Source of the DNA: a virus
DNA: 64,000 bases
Virus genome (UHGV): UHGV-0385297
Strand: one strand, 5' to 3'
The translations under genes were made by a program, and so were the position numbers. The notes beneath the pieces were generated by a model that saw only the letters and a list, made by a program, of their open reading frames with translations, searched no databases and was not told the origin of the DNA. Positions within the stretch are counted from its first letter, which is position 1, and every line of letters starts with the position of its first letter. This document shows, one piece after another, positions 40,815 to 49,801 of this stretch.

Positions 40815-40973
40815 ATGAAGAACTCAAAACTAATCAAACATATTGTTACATGCGTAACAGCAGCTGTAATTGTATCGATTATTGTTTATCCAGGCAACCT
40901 GCAGAATCTGCGTCTGCTGATTAACCCAGATAGCAGTATTGAGATCGAGGCTAACTTTTACCGTGTACAATAA
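40815..40973 (+). CDS. small membrane protein (52 aa, MKNSKLIKHIVTCVTAAVIVSIIVYPGNLQNLRLLINPDSSIEIEANFYRVQ)
   Basis: RBS GAAGGGAGGTG at 7-nt spacing. TM segment. Followed by a hairpin and a T-run. Confidence 0.45.
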   Translation: MKNSKLIKHIVTCVTAAVIVSIIVYPGNLQNLRLLINPDSSIEIEANFYRVQ

Positions 40974-41132
40974 TATCCATAGAATATGTCCTCGTTTTTG
41001 GTTATTTTTTTCGATTTATTCTTTTTATTCCTTAAAGAGAGTCGGTCTGACCACCTGCTCTCTTTTTTGTTTTTGTATAAATTCAAAACATATGTTATAA
41101 TATTGCCATTATACGAAAGAAGAGGAATAGTC

Positions 41133-41561
41133 ATGGCAGATAATAATTTATTCACCCAAGAACAAGTTAATAAATTTGCGGAATCCATTAAAAGCCCAGA
41201 ATTCCAAAATTATCAAATGCAGCAAATACAAAAATCAATGAAAATTGATCCATATATTCCTGAAATTGCAAATCCAATGGTGACGCAGCAGAAGATTACT
41301 AATCAAAAAATTGCTGAACTAAAAAATACTATTGAATCAATTCGCTTCCAAAACATGAAGCTAAATGCACAAATTGAAGTCCTCAGTAAAACTATAGAAT
41401 CTGATAGGTCAGAAATTGAAGAACTTCAAAAAGCTAATGCGAATTTAAAAGTTGTAAATAAAACATTAGAAGAAAACAATAAGCATTATTGGCGCAATAC
41501 AATGTTGATTAGCACATTTGCTTCTATACTAGGGGTTGTACTTGGAATTATTTTAAAATAA
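41133..41561 (+). CDS. coiled-coil protein with a C-terminal TM anchor (142 aa). The track ORF from 40986 is an upstream extension.
   Basis: RBS AGAGGAA plus the ATG at 41133. Heptad-rich KIAELKNTIESIRFQNMKLNAQIEVLSK. C-terminal LISTFASILGVVLGIIL. Confidence 0.5.
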   Translation: MADNNLFTQEQVNKFAESIKSPEFQNYQMQQIQKSMKIDPYIPEIANPMVTQQKITNQKIAELKNTIESIRFQNMKLNAQIEVLSKTIESDRSEIEELQKANANLKVVNKTLEENNKHYWRNTMLISTFASILGVVLGIILK

Positions 41562-42094
41562 CATAAAAGAAAAACAATCCCAAATCCTAATAAACTGCCT
41601 AATAATGCCGGATTTATTCGATATATACCTTTCATACCAGGCATAGTTATATTCTCCTTTTTATATTTTTATATTTTATTCAATCTCATTCTATGCTACT
41701 TCTCGAATATAATTCTTGCTGGTCTGATTACCAGCGAGCATAGACTATTAGATATCCTCCAATATCTATATAGAAACTAGACTGTCCTTCCGTATCTACG
41801 AGAGATACCGTTCCTTCCAGTCGTTTGGCCTTCACCCTATAAAATAGGAGAGTAGTTTCCACACTACTCGTAAGCTTGGCTACGGATTTTATTTAATTGT
41901 GTTTGTATGCCTATTACAAACTGATCACTTAGCATTATTGGTTAGCATATGATCAAACATTATCTTTTTCCCGTCTTTCGACACAATCATGTATATTGTT
42001 ACCAATATATACTTTAACGATAATGTTATTATAAATATTTCCCATATTTGGAACCCATCTTTATTTTACTTGGCGTTGCAATATAGCGTCACCA

Positions 42095-45000
42095 CTATAC
42101 AGGACAAAATTGTTGTTTTAATTTATCTCTACCAAGAAATCCTAAAAATCCAACACCCGCAATTTTTACAAGTCCGATTTTTTCAATCAGAAAGCCTAAA
42201 GCTTCTGACACCTTAGTTATTCCGTCAATTGCGATTCCTAAATCTCCACGATCTATGATTTCCTGAGCTGTCCCAACCCAAGTCTCTTTCAATCTGTTTA
42301 ATTTGTATTCAAGAGAAGACTCTACAACCTGCATCTCGCGGTCACTTGATCCAGCGCTTTGCTCCATTTCCTGAAGTGCCTTTTCGACAGCACTGAAGTT
42401 CTTGATAAGTGAAGCTCCACCTTGCGCTTGTGTACGACCAAAAGCCTGTAATAAGAAGTCATTTTGCTGCTTCTGTGACATTTCATCCCAGATATCATGA
42501 ATTTCTCTGAAATAATCTACAAGGCTCTTAAACTCTGTCGTAGAACCAGGTTTAAAAACAGATACACCTTGGGCATGTTGTGCTGTCTTCGTTAAATCAA
42601 TTAATTTACCAGTGATATTTTGTAAATCTTCAGAATATTCACCTGTTGACTCATCAAAGCTTCGTAGTCTAAGTGCCACAGAACGAAGGGATGTACCGGC
42701 TTTTTCTGACGATTGTAGAACCTCTTGCATTCCTGAAAATAGCGCAAAGGCATCTTTATATGACGTACCAACAGCAGCTAATGCAGCAGCAGATCGTTCC
42801 ATACCATCTACAATATCCTGATTACTTTCAGCCATTGTATTACCCAGCTGATTGATGTTTGACATGATTTCTTCTTTAACATCTTCTACAGGAATCGACC
42901 AGGCCTTCATAATTGAAACGAGGCCTTGTTGGGCATTGTCGGTACTCATGCCAGGAGAAATAGAAGCAAACTGAGAACTAAGTTTTGCCATTTCAGTAGA
43001 AGCCTGTTGAGTACTGAATCCTAAACGGCTCCAGGCGCTTGCCTGCTCAATAATCTGCTGAGTGCTTACACCCATCTGCTTGGCTACATCATTAGCATCA
43101 AAGTAAAACTCTTTTAACTGAGAAGAAGACATGGTAGTAGTTTTCTTTAAGTCTACAAGAGCAGTATCAAGATTAATAACAGTCTGAGCTGCCTGTTTTC
43201 CATACTGAATTAAATCATTCAGTCCAAAGTATGTACCAATCGTTCCCGCCAGTCCATACCAAGCTTTCTCTTTAACAATGTCCCAAAACTTCTTACCTTC
43301 CTGACCAGCTTCTCTAATTCGTTGTGATACCTTGAAGAATTCATCAGCAATATTGGTTACATCAGCATTAGCACCTAACGCTTTAAGTCTCTGAATTAAC
43401 CCCTCTAATTCACCTTTGAACTCCTTAGACATAGAAGTATTTTTCTTCATGTAATCAGAAATTCTAGTAATCAACTTATCACGAGAGATAGCAGAAGAAC
43501 CTTTTTCAATACCTTTGAAACTTGTCGCAGCTTTATCCAGCTCCTCACGCATGGATTTGAGCTTCTTGATCTCTGCCTCGTCTACTAACTCAGGAGACCT
43601 TTTTACTTTATTTAATTCTTCGCGATAATCATTAAGAGCTTTCTGATAAGTGGTTAAGGCTTGTGTATAATCAGAACTACGATCTTCTGTCTTGCGTTTA
43701 TTGAAATCACGCATTTTAGCTTCATAGTCATCAAGCCCCTTAAGCATAGATTGAAGTTGTTTTTCGAGTGAATTGTCAGATTTAGTATTTCGTTTAATCT
43801 CTTCCTCAGAAATTTGCTGTGTAGTCTTTAAGCCAATCTGCAATAACTCATTTAAACGTTTCTGGGAATCATATAAATCAGAATTATTTTTTAGAATTTT
43901 TGTAGCAGATAGATATTGTTCCTGATATACTTTTTTCTGTTCTGTTAATTCTGAGATAAGGCTTTCGTCATCCGTATTTGCAATCTTTTCACGAATACTT
44001 TGAATTTGCTTGTAGGCATATAATTGATCTTTTAGCGCCTGGTTAACTTCCGATTTTCGATCTTGTTCTTGTAATTTCTGTTTTTCGGCAGATAACTCAC
44101 GAATAGTCTTTAACTGATTTTGATATGATTGATTTTGATCCTTGAATTTTTGAGAATCAATATGACTTGTCCAAGCAGTAGCGTTTCCATCTTTATCCAT
44201 ACTGTAAGAAGTAGTATAAGTGGACATACTGCCATTCTTGTCAAGAACTTTCATTTGCGTCTTTACAAGATTGTCGTTTGAATCATAAAAATCAGTTATA
44301 TCTTTTATAAAAGAATTAGCACTGTCAATATTTGCAATGATTTCAGATTGTAATTCTTTTAGCGCATTGCCTAGTTCTTTTTTGTTTACAACCTTTTTCT
44401 CATTATCATGATTTCCAGTATCATGTGCTTTGTATCCTTTTTTCTGATATTTTTTAATACCAGTTGGTTCAGATACTTCCGAATGATCAGAAGTTAAATC
44501 AGAATTAAGTGACACGTTACTTTCTTTCGCACTTGCAGCAACCTTGCCATTCGCTTCAACAAATTCTTTCTTTGCATCTGCCGCTTTTTTTGCGCTTTCG
44601 GCAATCTGATTCATCAATTCAGCTTCGAGTTGAAGAGGAGACTTAGATTCATCTACGGAAGTCTGGACACCGGCATTAGCTTTCGCAAAATCTTCTTTTG
44701 CCTGCGCAGCCTGATTAGTGGCCTGCTGTACCTGTTCCATGGACGTAGATTCAGATGAAAGATTCGTTTCAGAGGACGGGAGAGGAGTAGAAGATTTTAA
44801 AGAAGTGAGTTCTGTTTCAAGAGCCTGTACTTTCTGAGTTAAGGTCTCAATCTGCTGTAATGAATCATTTAACTGAATTCCTTCACCTAAAGATGTTTTG
44901 ATGTCCGCAGCTGCACTAGAAACCTTACCTAGCTCAGTTACGATAAGTTTTAACTGCTCTATAACTTCTGTTAAATCTGTTTTTCCACCAAACAAATTAT

Positions 45001-46486
45001 CCAATGGAGAACCTTCTGAATCAGCCTTCATGGCATTTCTAACTTTAGTTATTTGACCATAAGCCGCAGAAGCTTTATTCCAATATGATTTATCTGAATC
45101 CTCGTAAAGTTTATCATGACCATAATTTTCTTTAATACTAGCTCTGAGATTTTCGATAAATTTCTTATATCCTTCGATTTTACCGATTGTTGTATCAAAC
45201 TGACTTGGATCAAATTTATAAAGAAGCTCAGAAGTATAATTATCTCCTCTATAAGTACGGAATAAATGTTCCCGTAAATTCTCATAAGCTAATAAAGCAT
45301 TAGATGCCTTCTTCTGTAGTTCTTGCTCCATTTCATTATCAGAACCGACATCAATATTCATATTAAATTTCATATTGAGATTGCTTACTGCTTCTGATAC
45401 TTTTTCAATTGTTTTTAAAAGAGGAGAGAGTTCTTCACCATCACCAACATCAGAAATAACAGAACGGAGAGAAGAGAGATGATCTTTAATGTCTCCAAAT
45501 ACATTTAAAACAGATTTAAGCTGTTCTTCGTCAAATAATACCTGACCAGATTTTTCAGAAGATTGGATATTTTTCATATCATCTGGAAGAGTATCTAATT
45601 TTCTATGAAAGTCTTCTACAGTAGTTAGTACCTGATCTAATGTATCCTGAAAAATTCTTAACTGTTCTAACCCGAAAGTATTATTAGAATTTTTAAAACT
45701 ATCTTCTAAAAGATAGCCATATTCTGCTTTAAATTTAGTAATTGCTTCCTGAGCAGACATGGACCCATTTTCAATAGCATCAAAATATTCAGAGAACTTA
45801 CTGGAATCGTAATAACCCCATTCGTCCATTCGTCCGATATTATTAAGTTTTAAAAATGCTTCAAAAGTTTCTTTTGCTCCATCTGTAAGATTATTTAGCT
45901 TGCTTCTTAAATCACTGACACCACTTGCATTTTCAGCATCCCTAAGTTCATCGCGTAAAGCAGAAACCTTATTTCTATAACGTTCAATTGTTTGTGCCTG
46001 CTGCTCTAATTGTTTAGAAAGCTCAGAAAAATTGCCTTTTGCTCCAAGTTTTCCAAAAATCTCTTCAATATCAAGCCCATATTCTTTAAACTGATTTAAA
46101 GCAACAAAAACATCTTTAAAATCCTGAACTTTAATAATACCTCTAAGTCCTTTTGACTTTTGTTCTGCCTTTTCAATTACAGTTCCAATTTCTTCAAAAT
46201 TAGGTACAAGAGAAGCTGTATCTACTTTTAATGCTTTTAAAATATTATTTATATTTACAAGATTTTTTGCATCAGTATCCGACATACTTCTGTTAAATTT
46301 TTTATATGCTTCTTGTAAATCATCCAGAAGAGTATCAGTACCTTTAAAATACTTTGAAATGTTTTCACCGCTCAAAGATGTTTCAAGTGTTTTTAATACT
46401 GCGTTTAATTTTCTTTTATCTAAAATAGTCTCGACATCGACTACTTGTTTTAATTTATTAAGATCAATTGTGCCGCCGTCAGCCAT
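42095..46486 (-). CDS. tape-measure-like giant protein no. 1 (1463 aa): long coiled coil plus a C-terminal TMP-core-like region with hydrophobic segments
   Basis: WYGLAGTIGTYFGLNDLIQYG and the surrounding 300 aa resemble a TP901-family TMP core. Strong GGAGGG RBS. Translationally coupled to 46501..47091. Confidence 0.55.
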   Translation of the reverse strand: MADGGTIDLNKLKQVVDVETILDKRKLNAVLKTLETSLSGENISKYFKGTDTLLDDLQEAYKKFNRSMSDTDAKNLVNINNILKALKVDTASLVPNFEEIGTVIEKAEQKSKGLRGIIKVQDFKDVFVALNQFKEYGLDIEEIFGKLGAKGNFSELSKQLEQQAQTIERYRNKVSALRDELRDAENASGVSDLRSKLNNLTDGAKETFEAFLKLNNIGRMDEWGYYDSSKFSEYFDAIENGSMSAQEAITKFKAEYGYLLEDSFKNSNNTFGLEQLRIFQDTLDQVLTTVEDFHRKLDTLPDDMKNIQSSEKSGQVLFDEEQLKSVLNVFGDIKDHLSSLRSVISDVGDGEELSPLLKTIEKVSEAVSNLNMKFNMNIDVGSDNEMEQELQKKASNALLAYENLREHLFRTYRGDNYTSELLYKFDPSQFDTTIGKIEGYKKFIENLRASIKENYGHDKLYEDSDKSYWNKASAAYGQITKVRNAMKADSEGSPLDNLFGGKTDLTEVIEQLKLIVTELGKVSSAAADIKTSLGEGIQLNDSLQQIETLTQKVQALETELTSLKSSTPLPSSETNLSSESTSMEQVQQATNQAAQAKEDFAKANAGVQTSVDESKSPLQLEAELMNQIAESAKKAADAKKEFVEANGKVAASAKESNVSLNSDLTSDHSEVSEPTGIKKYQKKGYKAHDTGNHDNEKKVVNKKELGNALKELQSEIIANIDSANSFIKDITDFYDSNDNLVKTQMKVLDKNGSMSTYTTSYSMDKDGNATAWTSHIDSQKFKDQNQSYQNQLKTIRELSAEKQKLQEQDRKSEVNQALKDQLYAYKQIQSIREKIANTDDESLISELTEQKKVYQEQYLSATKILKNNSDLYDSQKRLNELLQIGLKTTQQISEEEIKRNTKSDNSLEKQLQSMLKGLDDYEAKMRDFNKRKTEDRSSDYTQALTTYQKALNDYREELNKVKRSPELVDEAEIKKLKSMREELDKAATSFKGIEKGSSAISRDKLITRISDYMKKNTSMSKEFKGELEGLIQRLKALGANADVTNIADEFFKVSQRIREAGQEGKKFWDIVKEKAWYGLAGTIGTYFGLNDLIQYGKQAAQTVINLDTALVDLKKTTTMSSSQLKEFYFDANDVAKQMGVSTQQIIEQASAWSRLGFSTQQASTEMAKLSSQFASISPGMSTDNAQQGLVSIMKAWSIPVEDVKEEIMSNINQLGNTMAESNQDIVDGMERSAAALAAVGTSYKDAFALFSGMQEVLQSSEKAGTSLRSVALRLRSFDESTGEYSEDLQNITGKLIDLTKTAQHAQGVSVFKPGSTTEFKSLVDYFREIHDIWDEMSQKQQNDFLLQAFGRTQAQGGASLIKNFSAVEKALQEMEQSAGSSDREMQVVESSLEYKLNRLKETWVGTAQEIIDRGDLGIAIDGITKVSEALGFLIEKIGLVKIAGVGFLGFLGRDKLKQQFCPV

Positions 46487-46500
46487 TTATTTCCCTCCAA

Positions 46501-47091
46501 TCATAATAAAGAATATAAAGATTCCGTGTATATCCTTAAAAAATCTTTTTGCATTTTTCCATTCTGGTATCGTTCTAACCTATTTTTAAAATCCTCTAAC
46601 GGAGAAAGTTCTTCATATTCCGCAGGTCTTCCCCAATGTTTATAGTATGGATAAGGAGTTCTCCAATATATATCTCCGTTATGATAAGCGCCACCATGAT
46701 AACCACCTCTAAATATGGTGTTGTATAATCCTGATTCACCTCTTGAATAAGAACCCGCAGAACGATGACTATATGTAATTTTATTAGGATTAAAATCATA
46801 GGAATATTCTTGTGTTGCTTTATCATATTTTGTCTCAAGCAAGTCGTATAAACTTCCACGTCTATTATAGAATTCTGGATTATATGATCCATAAAATTTA
46901 TCTATTGCAGATTCATACATATTTTTTATTTGAATATCAACTGAATTTATAAACTTTGGAAATGTTTTCTCTATAGCCTTATTATTAAGTTCGATAATCT
47001 CATCTTTAACATACTTTTCAATGTTCTTTTCAAACTGAGCAAACTGACTTTTTAAGTTGCTTCCCATTTCTTCCTCCCGATCCTCATTCAT
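46501..47091 (-). CDS. hypothetical protein (196 aa), Tyr/Gly-rich C-terminus
   Basis: ORF immediately upstream of TMP no. 1. Possible tail assembly chaperone by position. Confidence 0.3.
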   Translation of the reverse strand: MNEDREEEMGSNLKSQFAQFEKNIEKYVKDEIIELNNKAIEKTFPKFINSVDIQIKNMYESAIDKFYGSYNPEFYNRRGSLYDLLETKYDKATQEYSYDFNPNKITYSHRSAGSYSRGESGLYNTIFRGGYHGGAYHNGDIYWRTPYPYYKHWGRPAEYEELSPLEDFKNRLERYQNGKMQKDFLRIYTESLYSLL

Positions 47092-47141
47092 ATAAAATAA
47101 AAGACCCTACGAGCTGTGACACCCGCAGAGCCTGGTTAATA

Positions 47142-47169
47142 TTGTAATAAAATTTCAATGTGCTATAAT
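47142..47169 (+). promoter_or_regulatory. promoter TTGTAA, 16-bp spacer, TATAAT on the plus strand
   Basis: Read directly. It drives a structured leader of about 150 nt and the 26-aa ORF. Confidence 0.45.
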
Positions 47170-47326
47170 AGTAGTGCAAGAGCTTGCGATTTACTGTAAC
47201 CCGTCAACCATCCTATTCACGTACCATTTGGTACAGAAAGGCGAAGGTGATTTTTATACTTCGTATAATTTACACAAAGCAGCTTACTCTACCAAATTTC
47301 GTGTCCACACCATGAAAGGAGGTTTT

Positions 47327-47407
47327 ATGAGTGAAGCTGTATTAGTTTCTCTGATTAACGGAGCGACAGCAATTATTGTTGCAGTCATTGCTCTGTTTAA
47401 AAAATAG
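47327..47407 (+). CDS. 26-aa hydrophobic peptide (MSEAVLVSLINGATAIIVAVIALFKK). Type I toxin-like (Fst-like) small membrane peptide.
   Basis: Strong RBS GAAAGGAGG. TM helix with a KK tail. The 77-aa track ORF at 47174 is a spurious upstream extension. Confidence 0.45.
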   Translation: MSEAVLVSLINGATAIIVAVIALFKK

Positions 47408-47518
47408 GGAACAAATTAATAATGAATAGGAGTTGAGCTAGATGACGATCTAGTTCGTAGAAGAGAAGTCCGTATCAAACCAGGTGCGGCTTTTCTGTTT
47501 TTATAGCACATTGTAAAT

Positions 47519-48112
47519 TTATTTCACCCTCTTTAAATCAGCACCGCTACCTGCATACTTCTTGAATACACGGTCCAACGTCTTGCCCATTTTCTCTACA
47601 GTAGCATTATCTAAATTCTTCACCTCATCAGCCAACTTACCAATTACAGGATCGAGAAGAGTCCCAATCAGAGTCCCAAACCTTTCCACCTGACCTGCAA
47701 TAAATGCATGAGGCTCATAAGCGTTGGTTCTTACATCTTCACGAGCCATACTGATTACAGTGTTTAATTCAGCCATTTCGCCTTCAGGAATTTTTACCAT
47801 AATCTTATCCAGAATACCTGACTCTTTAAGTAGATCATATTCCTCATGGAAATTTTCACCGATAGTAATATTAGTATAGTTCTCAAGAACGATACGACAG
47901 AAGAGGAGATACTGTGCGGCGGAGTTTACGTGAACATTCTTGTTCTTGTCGTACATAGTCACTTCCATTAACTTTTCTGCGAGTGTTACCTTTAAGTTAA
48001 ATGGAATATACTTCTTAATTTCCAGAGTATCTTCTAAATACTGATCCTTTAAATTTTCGTTAGCTCTGTTGTTATATTCAGTTGCAAGTTTTTCAATTGT
48101 AATCTTTGTCAT
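47519..48112 (-). CDS. hypothetical protein (197 aa)
   Basis: ORF overlapping the rusA-like gene stop. Confidence 0.35.
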   Translation of the reverse strand: MTKITIEKLATEYNNRANENLKDQYLEDTLEIKKYIPFNLKVTLAEKLMEVTMYDKNKNVHVNSAAQYLLFCRIVLENYTNITIGENFHEEYDLLKESGILDKIMVKIPEGEMAELNTVISMAREDVRTNAYEPHAFIAGQVERFGTLIGTLLDPVIGKLADEVKNLDNATVEKMGKTLDRVFKKYAGSGADLKRVK

Positions 48113-48720
48113 TCCTTTTTCTCCTTTACATCAGGCGTATATTTATCACATTCTCCATCGTGGATTTCAGGCTGGATACGTCCTTCAATTGCTTTTTTCA
48201 GTAAACTACAGTTTCGTTTGTATCTTTTACATCCGATGCAGCGGGATTTGAATTCTTCCAGCTGTGGGGCATCGTCAAAAACCCCGATGTAATTCACAGG
48301 TCGTATCGTCAACTCTATTCGTGGATTCTCTGAATCGTAGTAGATGCGCTGCACACGTTCGCATGTCACGTTATCATCGACCCAAACAAGTCCTGTTTCT
48401 GTAATTGCATCAAGTAGGCATTTAAAATAATTATTTGGGTCTCGATCTATACGATCAAAATAAAAAACAGCATCTATATAAAAATGCTGTAGTGGATCTG
48501 GTTTTAAATTATAACCTTGTTTTTTAACTTCTTGTATTACATATTCTTTAAAATCTTTTTGATATTTTACCGCTTCAGGAGTCTTATAGCTCATAGCCAT
48601 AGGTTTACCATTTTTCATAATAGCTCTGTAGGCTAAATAATGATTAACCGAAACTCCTAGAGGCGATGTTAATTTTAATGCATTACTCATTTTTCTCCAA
48701 AATAAAAATGCCCTTACCAA
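48109..48720 (-). CDS. rusA: RusA-like Holliday-junction resolvase with a C-terminal zinc-ribbon extension (203 aa)
   Basis: FYIDAVFYFDRIDRDPNNYFKCLLDAITETGLVWVDDNVTCERVQ...IELTIRPV aligns with my recollection of E. coli RusA (...[51 protein letters not shown]). C-terminal CIGCKRYKRNC...HDGEC. Confidence 0.6.
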   Translation of the reverse strand: MVRAFLFWRKMSNALKLTSPLGVSVNHYLAYRAIMKNGKPMAMSYKTPEAVKYQKDFKEYVIQEVKKQGYNLKPDPLQHFYIDAVFYFDRIDRDPNNYFKCLLDAITETGLVWVDDNVTCERVQRIYYDSENPRIELTIRPVNYIGVFDDAPQLEEFKSRCIGCKRYKRNCSLLKKAIEGRIQPEIHDGECDKYTPDVKEKKE

Positions 48721-49186
48721 AGACTGGTAAAGACATTTATAATATGTTATAATATTTTTGCACTCACCGATCTTATGTCTGTAATTTCAGAAGAAAGTTT
48801 TGGTGAAGTTCTATGCATATGTGTATTTATCCGTATCTAGTACACGTCAGCGCTTACAACCGTTTTCGTTTAGGCAAATGGGAATGTGTCTGTGAGCACT
48901 GGCGGTCTTATCCTAACCGATAGATAATTGAGCGTTCTGTAGCCGGGGTCAAACTTTCATGTTCTTTTTATTGACACGTCTACCGTGGGAGAGGTGAGTG
49001 CATTTTTTAATAACACAACTTTCTTTCGCCAAAGCTGAGATGGATTATGGTAAGTTGCCACCTTTCTCGAACCTCCGCAGTCGCCGCATTCCATCACGGG
49101 TTCTGCTTCTCAGGTAATGAATGCATTTTAATGAGTGTGTGTCTCAAATCCTTTTATTCATATATATATATAGAGAGAGGGTCGAT

Positions 49187-49492
49187 CTAATCCATCGGCT
49201 CTCTATAATTTATAATCTTTCCTTGTTTCTTTCCCAACAAATCTTCCATGTAATCGAACCAATGTATATTAGGAAATATTTTTTGATAATCTTTATACAT
49301 TAACTTCTCATTATAATTCATATGTATCACATAGATGATCACATTCTTCATATGTCCACATATTCTCATGAAACCATCTACATCATGCCAATTATCAGCA
49401 TTTCTCTCTATTAATATCCTGGTATTTATATGCGAAGTATCTATTGCTAATAACTTTACATATCCGTTTGAAACAACTCTTTCTTCTGCCAT
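49187..49492 (-). CDS. hypothetical protein (101 aa) in the orphan patch
   Basis: ORF with RBS GGAAGGGG. Confidence 0.3.
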   Translation of the reverse strand: MAEERVVSNGYVKLLAIDTSHINTRILIERNADNWHDVDGFMRICGHMKNVIIYVIHMNYNEKLMYKDYQKIFPNIHWFDYMEDLLGKKQGKIINYREPMD

Positions 49493-49598
49493 TTATTATC
49501 CCCTTCCATAATTTTGTAGTGTAATTATACCTTTGGAAATATATGGTTTCCATACCAAAAATATGGAAGAATTGGAAATAAATGGAAGAGCATTTTTG

Positions 49599-49627
49599 AT
49601 TTGACAAAACTCTCCTTTATGAATATA
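49599..49627 (+). promoter_or_regulatory. near-consensus promoter: TTGACA (49599-49604), 17-bp spacer, TATACT (49622-49627)
   Basis: Read directly. Confidence 0.55.
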
Positions 49628-49696
49628 CTTAATAGTGCATAAGCAGGTACGCATACTTATGAAACTTTCGGCACATAAGAAGAAAGGAGAGTTCTG

Positions 49697-49801
49697 CTAT
49701 GCAATTTGATTTGCAAACCATTTACTACATTACAATGATCAGCGTTACGGTTGTCAGACTGATACGTGACATTGTTAAAGACATCATGGATCGACATAAG
49801 T
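49697..49801 (+). CDS. 34-aa peptide (MQFDLQTIYYITMISVTVVRLIRDIVKDIMDRHK), hydrophobic N-terminal half with a charged tail. Toxin-like.
   Basis: Strong RBS AAAGGAGAG at 7-nt spacing. The 5' UTR contains the inverted repeats CATAAG/CTTATG. Confidence 0.4.

Noticed and set aside
47174-47326. Upstream part of the 77-aa ORF 47174..47407
   Set aside because: It covers the promoter-proximal leader. The internal ATG at 47327 with a consensus RBS gives the plausible 26-aa peptide.
49040-49080. GGTTCGAG (reverse strand) suggesting a tRNA T-arm in the GC-rich patch
   Set aside because: The flanking sequence does not form T-stem pairing or a cloverleaf, and no anticodon or acceptor arms could be built.
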